Source of the DNA: an uncultured Eubacteriales bacterium
GTDB taxonomy: Bacteria; Acidobacteriota; Aminicenantia; Aminicenantales; Aminicenantaceae
Direction: 5' to 3'
DNA length: 64,000 nucleotides
Assembly (NCBI GenBank): GCA_964580235.1
Contig: CAZOJY010000003.1
Span: 934 to 64,933 of the forward strand
Below the pieces are notes generated by a model that saw nothing but the letters and a program-made list of their open reading frames with translations, made no database searches and was not told the DNA's origin. Every line of letters starts with the position of its first letter. Position 1 is the stretch's first letter. Shown piece by piece: positions 36,302-45,773 of the stretch. Position numbers and translations under genes: made by a program.

Positions 36302-37645
36302 GTGGTGAAAAAAATAAAATTTTTTTTCGTTGCCGTATTGATTCTCTGCCCTCTAATCGTTTTATCCCAGATTCAGGAGCGTTTTCCCAAGCCCGATTTT
36401 CAATCGGATTATATACGGCCCGATTTGCTCACCCCTCCCCCCAGAGCGGTCGCTTTGGAATACATGGATATATTCGTCCTCGTTGCGGCCCTTTTTCTGG
36501 CAACATATTTTGCCCACAAACAGCGGTCCCGCCAAAACCTATTTCTCGTGATGGTGTTTTCTCTTGCCTACTTCGGGTTTTACCGGAAGGGGTGCGTGTG
36601 TTCGGTCGGTGCCGTACAGAATGTCAGCTTTGCGCTGTTCAATCCTGCCTATATCATTCCGGTATCCGTCATCGTTTTTTTTGTTTTGCCCCTGGTTTTG
36701 GCCCTGTTTTACGGACGCACATTCTGTGCTGCCGTTTGTCCTCTCGGAGCCATCCAGGATGCCGTAGTTCTGAAACCTGTCCATGTGCCCGAATGGCTGG
36801 CCAGCTTTTTGGGTGTTTTTCCTTATGTTTATTTGGGGCTTGCAGTTTTGCTTGCTATAAACGGGGCAGGATTTATAATCTGCCAATACGATCCGTTCAT
36901 CGGCTTTTTCCGATTCGGAGCGGATTTCAATATGCTTATTGTTGGCCTCTCCATTCTTCTGCTGGGAACGGTTGTGGCTCGCCCATACTGCCGGTTTCTT
37001 TGCCCATATGGTGTGCTTTTGAACTGGATGTCCCGTCTTTCCAGGCGGCATGTCAGGATTTCGCCGGGTGAATGCAACAATTGCCGGCTGTGTGAGGAGT
37101 CCTGTCCGTTCGGGGCCATAAAAAAAGCGGATAACACAGCACCCAAACAAGACAAAAAAAATGACGTCAAAAGAATGGCTTTCTTGATTGTCTTCCTTCC
37201 TGCTGTTGTTATCGCCAGTGGCTGGATCGGCTCGCGGCTGGACATTCCGCTCTCCCGCCTGCACCCGACAGTTTCTTTGGCCGAAGAGGTACTTTTGGAA
37301 AATTCAGGAAAAAGGACAGAAATGACAGACGCAACGAAAGCCTTCCGGGCTTCGGGAAAGCCATCAGAAGAATTATTTGCTGAAGCAACATCGGTGCGAC
37401 TTTTATTCCGCAGGGGCGGGTGGATTTTTGGCGGTTTCATCGGTCTGATCCTCTGTTTGAAGCTCATCAGTTTTTTTATACGGACAAAACAGTTGGAGTA
37501 CGACGTGGATAAAGGGATGTGTCTCAGCTGTGGACGCTGTTTTGCCTACTGCCCATATGAGCAGGTCCGGTTAGGCCTGATGACACCGGAAGAATTGAAT
37601 GAGTTGGATAGGCGTGAGACCAAAATCAAGCAGTTTAGGGCCTGA
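36302..37645 (+). CDS. NapH/NosR/MauN/CcoG-type integral-membrane polyferredoxin
   Basis: 447 aa with a GTG start. Multiple TM helices. Two family-typical CxxxCP motifs (CAAVCPLG, CRFLCPYG). CNNCRLCEESCP [4Fe-4S] motif. An extra TM pair and a second CLSCGRCFAYCP motif at the C-terminus. Confidence 0.78.
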   Translation: MVKKIKFFFVAVLILCPLIVLSQIQERFPKPDFQSDYIRPDLLTPPPRAVALEYMDIFVLVAALFLATYFAHKQRSRQNLFLVMVFSLAYFGFYRKGCVCSVGAVQNVSFALFNPAYIIPVSVIVFFVLPLVLALFYGRTFCAAVCPLGAIQDAVVLKPVHVPEWLASFLGVFPYVYLGLAVLLAINGAGFIICQYDPFIGFFRFGADFNMLIVGLSILLLGTVVARPYCRFLCPYGVLLNWMSRLSRRHVRISPGECNNCRLCEESCPFGAIKKADNTAPKQDKKNDVKRMAFLIVFLPAVVIASGWIGSRLDIPLSRLHPTVSLAEEVLLENSGKRTEMTDATKAFRASGKPSEELFAEATSVRLLFRRGGWIFGGFIGLILCLKLISFFIRTKQLEYDVDKGMCLSCGRCFAYCPYEQVRLGLMTPEELNELDRRETKIKQFRA

Positions 37646-37649
37646 CGGT

Positions 37650-39365
37650 ATGGAAAAAGAACCGAAAGAAAGACAAAAAATGGATAGGACAGCACTCTGG
37701 TGCAGCATAACAAAAAAAATCGCTGTTGTTGCTGCGGTGTTGGCTGGGATTCTAAGTGTCTTGATGATTGCCAATTACATCCAGACAAAGTCAGTTGATC
37801 CGCTCAACAGCCAGGCTATTTCTCAATTGATGACAAGGCTCCAAGAAAATCCAGAGGATACGGCTTTAAAGGAACAGATCCGGGCCCTTGATCTGCTGGC
37901 CAGAAAGGCCTATTTCACCCATCAATGGCAGGTCCGGACAGGAAGCTATCTCCTGTTCACGTTTGTCCTCATTCTTCTTCTAGCCCTGAAATACTTGAGT
38001 TCTCTCGAATCCCGGCTGCCCGATTTGAGCAAAAGACCTGAGCCGGATAAAACATGGGAGAGCAAACTTTTGTCCCGGAAATATCTCCTTTACGGCGGGT
38101 TGGGATTGATATTGTTGGCTTTTGCTTTTGGGATTCTTTCTCAGACGGAATTCAAAAAAATCGGTCGTGTTCGGGCAGAAAAAAACCAGGGGACCTCGGA
38201 CTTTCCCGGAATAGAAGAAATTCGAGATAACTGGCCTGGTTTTCGCGGTCCTGAAGGAATCGGATGGGCTTATCACACGGACGTGCCCACAGAATGGGAT
38301 GGCCCTTCCGGCAAAAACATACTTTGGAAGATTCCAATTCCCTATCCTGGTAAAAATTCTCCCATCGTATGGGGAAAAAGAATTTTTCTTTCTGGTGCAG
38401 ACAGAAGGATCCAGATTGTGTATTGTATCGATGCCGATTCGGGAGATATTCTCTGGCAGACGGAGCTGAACGACATCCCTGGTTCTCCTGCAAGGAGGCC
38501 CCAGGTCACTGAGGATACCGGTTATGCCGCTCCCACGATGACCACCGATGGAGAGCGTGTTTTTGCCCTGTTTGCGACAGGCGATGTGGCCTGCCTCGAT
38601 TTTGAGGGAAATCGCATCTGGGCCAAAAACTTGGGGGTGCCCGAAAATCATTACGGGCATGCCTCCTCATTGATCACACATCAAGATCTGCTGCTTGTGC
38701 AATTCGACCAGAACACAGGAGGGCGTTTACTGGCATTGAAAACTCAGTCCGGAAATTTGGCGTACGACCAGCCGCGGGATGTGGAGATTTCCTGGGCCTC
38801 GCCGATATTGGTGAATACGGGGAGACGGACAGAACTCATCCTCAATTCCAATCCGTTCGTGATGTCTCATGACCCTCAAACCGGGGAAGAGTTATGGCGT
38901 GTGAGATGCATGCTCGGGGAAATTGCCCCGTCTCCTGCTTATGCGGACGGCATGGTCTTTGTGGTTAACGACTATGCCCGCCTGGCGGCCATCAAGCTGG
39001 GGGAAACACCAGAATTGGTTTGGGAATACCTCGATGATCTCTCGGAAGTCTCCAGTCCTTTGGCCACCAAAAATTTTGTGATCATGGCCGCCAGCTACGG
39101 CACGGTGACATGTTTTGACCGAAAAACCGGGGAGAGGTTTTGGATCGAAGAGTTTAGCGAAGGATTTTATTCCTCTCCCATCCTGGTCGGAGATTTTGTT
39201 TATCTGATGGATATGTCAGGCGTCATGATGGTTTTTAAAGCGGATAAGCAATTCCAACGTGTGAGTCGGAATGAGCTGGGGGAAATGGCCATGAGCATAC
39301 CTGCTTTCATGCACGATCGGATCTATATCCGGGGTGTGAAAAATTTGTTCTGCATAGGAAATTAA
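37650..39365 (+). CDS. Polytopic-membrane-anchored PQQ-like beta-propeller repeat protein, paralog G
   Basis: ORF starts at 37599. ATG 37650 lies 4 nt after the previous stop. Three predicted TM helices within the first ~190 aa, then DNWPGFRGPEG and propeller blades (CIDADSGDILW, CLDFEGNRIW, CFDRKTGERFW). Confidence 0.78.
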   Translation: MEKEPKERQKMDRTALWCSITKKIAVVAAVLAGILSVLMIANYIQTKSVDPLNSQAISQLMTRLQENPEDTALKEQIRALDLLARKAYFTHQWQVRTGSYLLFTFVLILLLALKYLSSLESRLPDLSKRPEPDKTWESKLLSRKYLLYGGLGLILLAFAFGILSQTEFKKIGRVRAEKNQGTSDFPGIEEIRDNWPGFRGPEGIGWAYHTDVPTEWDGPSGKNILWKIPIPYPGKNSPIVWGKRIFLSGADRRIQIVYCIDADSGDILWQTELNDIPGSPARRPQVTEDTGYAAPTMTTDGERVFALFATGDVACLDFEGNRIWAKNLGVPENHYGHASSLITHQDLLLVQFDQNTGGRLLALKTQSGNLAYDQPRDVEISWASPILVNTGRRTELILNSNPFVMSHDPQTGEELWRVRCMLGEIAPSPAYADGMVFVVNDYARLAAIKLGETPELVWEYLDDLSEVSSPLATKNFVIMAASYGTVTCFDRKTGERFWIEEFSEGFYSSPILVGDFVYLMDMSGVMMVFKADKQFQRVSRNELGEMAMSIPAFMHDRIYIRGVKNLFCIGN

Positions 39366-39372
39366 AAAGGCC

Positions 39373-41727
39373 ATGAAACAGGAAACGGACTGCATTCTGG
39401 CATTTGTGGATAAGATAGTCGGCAAAATCGGCACACATGCCGGCGATGTTATCCCGATTCTCCATGCCGTCCAAAAGGAATTCAACTATCTTCCCGGATC
39501 TGCACTCCGGAGGGTTTGTGAAATCACGGATATAACGCCTGCCGCTATAACGGGCGTTTCGACTTTTTACTCCCAGTTCCGCCACAGCCCGATCGGAAAA
39601 CACCTCATCCGTGTCTGTACCGGTACAGCCTGTCATGTCAAGGGATCTGAGCTTGTGTATGATTCCTTCTGCCGAGAACTGAATATTCCGGATGGCCTGG
39701 ACACGGATCCGGAACTGCTGTTCACCGTGCAAAAAATTGCCTGCCTTGGCTGCTGCACCATAGCACCGGTCGTCCAGATTGACGACGTGACTTACGGGCA
39801 TGTGAAAACGGATGGCGTTTCGCAGATTGTCCAGGATTTTCTCCGGCACAAAAGCCGTCAAGCAGCGAGAATCCAGGATCGAAAAATTCCTCATTTAGAC
39901 GCAGGCGAGATCAAAATCGGGTTGGGATCCTGCTGTGTGGCCAGCGGAAGCAGCCGTGTGCAGCAGGCCCTGGAAGAGTCTTTGGCAGAAACCGGAATCA
40001 AAACTCAGGTGAAAAGAGTCGGATGTGTGGGAATGTGCCACCGAACGCCTCTTTTGGAGGTGAGTGTTCCGGATAGAGAACCCGTTCTTTATGACAGTGT
40101 CCGTCCGGAAGATGTAAGGCGCATCATACTCAGGCACTACAAACCCATAACCCTGCGCCAGCGGATTAAAAACGCTGCCTATAATTTTTTTGAAAATATT
40201 CTCGAGAATCCGCAGACCAACGGATTTTCGCGCCACCCCCTGCATGTGCGGGATCCGAACATTCAGGCCTTTCTGGGAAGACAGAAACACATCGCCACCG
40301 AACATGCCGGTCAAATCGATCCCCTTGATTTGACAGAATACCGGTCAAAGGAGGGCTTTGAAGCCTTAGCCCGCTGCCTTACGGAACTCTCTCCGGGAGT
40401 TGTGATCGATGTCATCAAAGCCAGCGGACTGCGGGGGAGGGGTGGAGCAGGATATCCTTCGGGGCAGAAATGGGAAGCCGTCCATCGAACTCAAGATGAC
40501 ACAAAGTATATTATCTGCAACGGAGACGAAGGAGACCCTGGAGCATTCATGGACCGGATGATTCTGGAATCCTATCCTTTTCGTGTTATCGAAGGGATGA
40601 TCATTGCCGCTTACACGCTCGGCTCCCATGAGGGATATTTCTACATACGAGCGGAATACCCGCTTGCTGTCCACCGGGTGAGGGATGCGATCAGGCAGTG
40701 TGAGGAAGCAGGACTTTTAGGGAAAAATATTCTCGGGAAAGGATATTCTTTAAACCTGAACATTCTGGAGGGAGCCGGCGCATTTGTCTGTGGGGAAGAA
40801 ACAGCGCTGATCGCTTCCCTGGAAGGGAAACGGGGAAATCCCAGTTATCGGCCGCCCTATCCTGCCCAAAAGGGGCTGTGGGGCCATTCGACTCTGGTCA
40901 GCAATTGTGAAACGTTTGCCACGGTGCCCTGGATTCTACGGAACGGGGCAGAAGCCTTTACGCAATTTGGGACAGAAAAGTGCCCTGGAACCAAAGTTTT
41001 TTCTTTGGCCGGAAAAATTGCCCGCGGCGGGCTGATTGAAGTTCCGATGGGGATCACGATTCAAGAAATTGTCAGGGACATCGGGGGCGGGATCGAAAAC
41101 GGGAGGCCGTTCAAGGCCGTCCAGATAGGCGGTCCTTCCGGCGGTTGTATCCCGGCCAGACTGGCCCATACCCGAGTGGATTATGAAGATCTCACCAAGG
41201 TGGGCACAATGATGGGCTCAGGCGGTTTATTGGTGATGGATGATTCAGACTGTATGGTGGACATCGCCCGGTATTTTTTATCTTTTACGCAGAACCAGTC
41301 GTGCGGGAAATGCACATTCTGCCGCATAGGCACACGGCACATGCTTCGTATTCTCGAACGTCTGTGTGCCGGTGAGGGAAAAGAGGAAGATCTGGCGAAG
41401 CTTGAAGAAATAGCCGAGAAAACAAAACAGGGCAGTTTGTGCGGACTCGGGAAGACAGCCCCAAATCCTGTTCTTACCACGCTGAAATATTTCAGGGACG
41501 AATACGTAGCCCATTTGACTGGAACCTGTCCTGCCAAACGCTGCAAAGCCCTGATCACTTACACGATTGATAAAACATGCATCGGCTGCACGGTCTGTGC
41601 CCAGAAATGTCCCGCAGGGGCGATTGCGATTGTTCCCTATCAAAGGCACATGATCGATCAATCCAGGTGTACAAAATGCGGAACCTGCATGCAGGTCTGC
41701 CCGACAGAATCGGTGAATCTAAGATGA
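39373..41727 (+). CDS. Fused NuoE-like [2Fe-2S], thioredoxin-like ferredoxin and NuoF-like FMN/NADH flavoprotein with a C-terminal 2x[4Fe-4S] (HydB/HndC/StnB-type)
   Basis: 784 aa. NuoE motifs (IRVCTGTACHVKG, CLGCCTIAP). A second thioredoxin-like module (GLGSCCVASG...CVGMCHRTP). NuoF motifs GLRGRGGAGYPSGQKW, CNGDEGDPGAFMDR, SCGKCTFCRIG and CGLGKTAPNPV. C-terminal CIGCTVCAQKCP and CTKCGTCMQVCP. Confidence 0.88.
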   Translation: MKQETDCILAFVDKIVGKIGTHAGDVIPILHAVQKEFNYLPGSALRRVCEITDITPAAITGVSTFYSQFRHSPIGKHLIRVCTGTACHVKGSELVYDSFCRELNIPDGLDTDPELLFTVQKIACLGCCTIAPVVQIDDVTYGHVKTDGVSQIVQDFLRHKSRQAARIQDRKIPHLDAGEIKIGLGSCCVASGSSRVQQALEESLAETGIKTQVKRVGCVGMCHRTPLLEVSVPDREPVLYDSVRPEDVRRIILRHYKPITLRQRIKNAAYNFFENILENPQTNGFSRHPLHVRDPNIQAFLGRQKHIATEHAGQIDPLDLTEYRSKEGFEALARCLTELSPGVVIDVIKASGLRGRGGAGYPSGQKWEAVHRTQDDTKYIICNGDEGDPGAFMDRMILESYPFRVIEGMIIAAYTLGSHEGYFYIRAEYPLAVHRVRDAIRQCEEAGLLGKNILGKGYSLNLNILEGAGAFVCGEETALIASLEGKRGNPSYRPPYPAQKGLWGHSTLVSNCETFATVPWILRNGAEAFTQFGTEKCPGTKVFSLAGKIARGGLIEVPMGITIQEIVRDIGGGIENGRPFKAVQIGGPSGGCIPARLAHTRVDYEDLTKVGTMMGSGGLLVMDDSDCMVDIARYFLSFTQNQSCGKCTFCRIGTRHMLRILERLCAGEGKEEDLAKLEEIAEKTKQGSLCGLGKTAPNPVLTTLKYFRDEYVAHLTGTCPAKRCKALITYTIDKTCIGCTVCAQKCPAGAIAIVPYQRHMIDQSRCTKCGTCMQVCPTESVNLR

Positions 41728-43325
41728 AGACTGTTCATATCACCATCAACAATCAGGATATCGTCATTCCGGGCGACCAATCGATATTGGAGGCGGCCAA
41801 AAAGTTGGATATTCCGATTCCGACGCTGTGTTATTTAAATGGATATGAGCGGACAACGTCCTGCATGATTTGTGTCGTTCATGAGGCCAACTCCGATCGC
41901 CTGCTCCCGGCATGTTCGGCCACTGTATCTGAAGGCATGCAGATCGCGACCGAAAATGAAAGAGTCCGGGAAGCCCGGAAAGATGCCCTGGATTTTTTGT
42001 TGAGCGAGCATGCCGGAGATTGTGAGGCCCCCTGCCGTCGGGCCTGCCCCGCCCATATGAACATCCCGCTCATGATCCGCCAGATTGGAGAAGGCCGGTT
42101 GGAGGATGCAATCCATACCATAAAAAAGCATATCGCCCTTCCTGCAGTTCTGGGCCGCATCTGTCCGGCTCCGTGTGAAAAGGGATGCCATCGCAGGTTT
42201 TATGACGACCCGGTTTCAATCTGTTTGTTAAAAAGATATGCAGCCGATGTTGATCTGTCGAAAAAATCTCCTTATCGCCCGGTCCAAAAAAAAGATTCCG
42301 GGAAAAAAGTTGCCGTAATCGGTACAGGACCGACAGGCTTATCTGCGGCCTACTATCTTCTGCAAAACGGTCATGCCTGCGATATTTATGACAAAAACCC
42401 GGAGCCGGGCGGCATGCTCAGATATGGAGTTGCTGATGAGGAGCTTCCCAAATCCGTCCTCGATCTGGAGATTGAACGGATCGCCGAATTGGGAGCCACG
42501 TTTCTGATGGAGCGTTCGTTTAGCAAGGATTTTGGATGGGATGATTTACATAAAGCCTATGATGCTGTCATCCTGGCCGTCGGAAAAATAAATCCTCCCA
42601 TGTTTGAGGAATCGGGAATGACCCTTACCCCCCGCGGCATCTTAATCGACAGAAAAACGTATCAAACGGCTTTGCCGGGATTTTTTGCCGGAGGGAATGC
42701 TGTATCGGAATCGCGCATGGCCATCCGCGCAGCAGCCCATGGCAGAAGTATGGCTTTAGCGGTGAGCCAATTCTTAGCCCATAAAAAAGTGACAGGGATT
42801 CTCCGGCGGTTCCAATCGATGCTTGGGAAAACTCGGGATGATGAAGTTCGTGAATTCTTGAAGGAAGCGCAAGAAGAGGAGAGGATCATTCCGGCCGGAT
42901 TTAAAAAGGGATATGCGGACAGAGAGGCCGTCAGAGAATCCACCCGGTGTTTCGGATGTGACTGCCGGAAAGCCGATTTCTGCAAACTGCGCCTGTATTC
43001 GGAAAAATACCATGCCGACCAGCGCCGTTTCACGCATTCGGAAAGAAAAAAGTTACAAAAAAACATTCAACATGACCTGGTCGTTTACGAACCAGGAAAG
43101 TGCATCAAGTGCGGATTGTGCGTCCGAATCACCAAAAAATCTGGCGAAAAATTCGGATTGACGTTTGTCGCCCGAGGGTTCGATATTCGTGTTGCAACCC
43201 CTTTTGATGTCCCGCTTGGCCAGGGTTTAGAAAAGGTGGCTGGAGAATGTGTCCTGTCCTGTCCCACTGGGGCACTCTCCTGGAAAGACAGGGGAAAAAC
43301 TGAAGGTGTCAGCCCCAACGGATAA
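41724..43325 (+). CDS. [2Fe-2S] ferredoxin-fold plus GltD/NfnB-like FAD/NAD(P)H oxidoreductase with extra C-terminal Cys clusters (StnA-like)
   Basis: ORF starts at 41577. ATG 41724 overlaps the previous stop (ATGA) and gives MKTVHITINNQDIVIPGDQSILEAAKK...CYL...SCMICVV...C, a NuoG/HydA-N-like [2Fe-2S] domain. GltD motifs CEAPCRRACPAH, GRICPAPCEKGC and VAVIGTGPTGLSAAYYL. C-terminal CFGCDCRKADFC and CIKCGLC...CVLSCPTGA. Confidence 0.8.
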   Translation: MKTVHITINNQDIVIPGDQSILEAAKKLDIPIPTLCYLNGYERTTSCMICVVHEANSDRLLPACSATVSEGMQIATENERVREARKDALDFLLSEHAGDCEAPCRRACPAHMNIPLMIRQIGEGRLEDAIHTIKKHIALPAVLGRICPAPCEKGCHRRFYDDPVSICLLKRYAADVDLSKKSPYRPVQKKDSGKKVAVIGTGPTGLSAAYYLLQNGHACDIYDKNPEPGGMLRYGVADEELPKSVLDLEIERIAELGATFLMERSFSKDFGWDDLHKAYDAVILAVGKINPPMFEESGMTLTPRGILIDRKTYQTALPGFFAGGNAVSESRMAIRAAAHGRSMALAVSQFLAHKKVTGILRRFQSMLGKTRDDEVREFLKEAQEEERIIPAGFKKGYADREAVRESTRCFGCDCRKADFCKLRLYSEKYHADQRRFTHSERKKLQKNIQHDLVVYEPGKCIKCGLCVRITKKSGEKFGLTFVARGFDIRVATPFDVPLGQGLEKVAGECVLSCPTGALSWKDRGKTEGVSPNG

Positions 43326-43329
43326 GGCG

Positions 43330-44490
43330 ATGCAAAAATTGCGATTTATTTCACTGTTCTTAATCATTTCCCTTATTCTTTTCTCCTGCACAAAGAAAGA
43401 GGGTGAAAAAAACAGTCCGGATGTCGATCAGGTGAATTGGCCCATTTTTCGCGGGGATCCAACGCTGTCAGGGACAGCGGAAAATGAACTTCCGGATGAT
43501 CCCGTGTTATTGTGGTCCTTCATGACTGAGTCCTGGATAATCGGGTCGCCGGTTTTAGGAATGGGATGTGTTTTTATAGGTTCGTCGGATGGAAAGGTGT
43601 ATTCGATAAAATTGTCCGATGGAAAAGAAGTCTGGGAGTTTAATACCGGAGATGATATCGAAGCCTCGCCTCTTCTGCTGAATAAAAATATCTATGTGGG
43701 CAATCTGAGTGGAGAATTGTATTGTCTGAGTGCGGATTCGGGAGAAGTTCGATGGAAATACGAATGCGAAAGCTCTATCTATGGCTCGACCAATTGGGTC
43801 ATGAATCCACAAACTCAGAAACCTTGGATATTGGTTGGAAGTTATGACAACAGGTTGTACTGCTTGGACGCGGGTACTGGCAAGCTGAATTGGTCGTATG
43901 AAACTGATAACTATATCAACGGAGCCCCTGCCACGGATGGCGTTCATGTCGTATTCGGCGGATGTGATGAAATGCTTCACATATTGTCTGTTTTGGATGG
44001 AAAAAAAATCGGGGAGGTTTGGGCAGGCTCTTACATCCCCGGTTCAGCAGCTCTAGTGGATGGCAAAGCCTATCTCGGCCAGTATGATAACAAATTGATT
44101 TGTGTCGACAGGAAACGGAAAACGATAGACTGGGAGTACCAGGACAAGGATAATCCGGATTCATTCTTTTCTTCTCCTGCCGTGGGAAAAGACCGCGTTC
44201 TCATCGGATCGCGGAATGATTATTTGCACTGTGTGGACAGAAAAACCGGAAAAAAAATTTGGGTTTTTCGAACTCATGACGATATCGACAGCTCACCTGT
44301 CATTGCCGGCGAGAAGGCTGTTGTGGGATCATTGGATGGAAGATTATATATTGTCGATATGGCGACAGGCAAAGAGCTCTGGTCTTACGAGATCGGAGCA
44401 CCTCTCTTTAGCTGTCCTGCTGTGGATGGGGGATTTATTGTTATCGGTGCGGATGATGGACGGATTTATACCTTTGGAGAAAAAAAATGA
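43330..44490 (+). CDS. PQQ-like (BamB-like) beta-propeller lipoprotein, paralog H
   Basis: ORF starts at 43249. ATG 43330 lies 4 nt after the previous stop and gives MQKLRFISLFLIISLILFSC (lipobox-like). VNWPIFRGDP motif. Regular PQQ_2-type blades (SDGKVYSIKLSDGKEVW, CLSADSGEVRW, CLDAGTGKLNW, CVDRKTGKKIW, IVDMATGKELW). Confidence 0.8.
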   Translation: MQKLRFISLFLIISLILFSCTKKEGEKNSPDVDQVNWPIFRGDPTLSGTAENELPDDPVLLWSFMTESWIIGSPVLGMGCVFIGSSDGKVYSIKLSDGKEVWEFNTGDDIEASPLLLNKNIYVGNLSGELYCLSADSGEVRWKYECESSIYGSTNWVMNPQTQKPWILVGSYDNRLYCLDAGTGKLNWSYETDNYINGAPATDGVHVVFGGCDEMLHILSVLDGKKIGEVWAGSYIPGSAALVDGKAYLGQYDNKLICVDRKRKTIDWEYQDKDNPDSFFSSPAVGKDRVLIGSRNDYLHCVDRKTGKKIWVFRTHDDIDSSPVIAGEKAVVGSLDGRLYIVDMATGKELWSYEIGAPLFSCPAVDGGFIVIGADDGRIYTFGEKK

Positions 44491-45773
44491 AGATTGCCTA
44501 TGTGACTCCAGGTCATGGTTTGCAGTTCTACTGTCAGAATTGCTTTCGAGATACCGCTTTGCTCAAGTCCTTTTCCGCGCTTGGGCATGAGGTCGTACAA
44601 GTCCCCCTGTACCTGCCATCTGGGTTGAAAGCGGGTCCAAATGTTGCTGCCACGCCGGTATTTTATGGCGCTGTCAATATCTATCTCAAAGAAAAACTGT
44701 CTCTCTATAGACATGCCCCTGAATGGATGGAGCGTATTTTCGATTCTCCTGTCCTACTGCATCTGGCAGCGAAAAAATCAGGCTCAACGCGCCCCACAGG
44801 GCTGGAGGAGATGACGATATCCATGCTGGAAGGAGAAAAAGGGCATCAGGCATCTGAACTGGACCATCTCATCCACTTCCTCAAAAATGAGGTGGCTCCG
44901 GACGTTGTTCATCTCTCGAATGCCCTGCTGCTCGGTTTGGCCCGCAGGCTTAAGAGCGACCTGGGGGCGGGTGTGGTTGTTTCCCTCCAGGATGAGAATG
45001 AATGGGTGGATTTGATGACCGAAAAATACCAGAATCAGGTCTGGAGTTTGATGGCTGAAAAAGCCGGGGATGTTGACTTCTTTGTGACGACCAGTCAATA
45101 TTATTCTACAAAATCCCAAAAGCAGATGAATTTGGCTCAGGAGAAGATAAAAGTGATTCATGGTGGGATCGATCTTACAGGATATGAAAAATCGGCCCTT
45201 CCTTTCGATCCCCCCGTCATCGGATATATGTGTCGGATGTCAGAATATTTTGGGCTGGGAATCGTGTTTGACGCATTTTTGGAATTGAAAAAAGATAACC
45301 GGTTTCGGGATCTGCGTCTGCATATGACAGGCGGTTATACCGGCGATGACAAACCATTTTTGAACAGTCAGATGAAAAGGATATCAGAACATGGATATGC
45401 TGATGACGTAATAGTGTTCAAAGATTTCTGTAAAGATAGCCGCGTAAAGTTCCTCAAATCTCTGACTTTGCTTTCGGTCCCGGTTCCCACTGGAGAGGCC
45501 TTTGGCGCGTATCAAGTTGAGGCTTTAGCTGCTGGAGTCCCTGTCGTTCAGCCGAATGTGGGGTCTTATCCGGAGTTTAGCGCAATGACCCGCGGGAGCC
45601 TCATCTATGAACCGAATACGGGGGATAAACTTGCCTATGCCGTGGCCTCCATCATCTCAGATCCGGATAAACTCAGGAAAATGGGTGATCAGGGGAGGAA
45701 GGTCGTAATGGAGAATTTTTCTATAGATCAAATGGCAAAAAATATGGCTAGGATTTATAATGATGTTGCTTGA
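44487..45773 (+). CDS. GT4-family (GT-B) glycosyltransferase
   Basis: 428 aa, cytoplasmic. ATGA overlap with the upstream propeller gene. C-terminal Glycos_transf_1-like region with the E-x7-E motif (GEAFGAYQVEALAAGVPVV). Confidence 0.75.
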   Translation: MKIAYVTPGHGLQFYCQNCFRDTALLKSFSALGHEVVQVPLYLPSGLKAGPNVAATPVFYGAVNIYLKEKLSLYRHAPEWMERIFDSPVLLHLAAKKSGSTRPTGLEEMTISMLEGEKGHQASELDHLIHFLKNEVAPDVVHLSNALLLGLARRLKSDLGAGVVVSLQDENEWVDLMTEKYQNQVWSLMAEKAGDVDFFVTTSQYYSTKSQKQMNLAQEKIKVIHGGIDLTGYEKSALPFDPPVIGYMCRMSEYFGLGIVFDAFLELKKDNRFRDLRLHMTGGYTGDDKPFLNSQMKRISEHGYADDVIVFKDFCKDSRVKFLKSLTLLSVPVPTGEAFGAYQVEALAAGVPVVQPNVGSYPEFSAMTRGSLIYEPNTGDKLAYAVASIISDPDKLRKMGDQGRKVVMENFSIDQMAKNMARIYNDVA

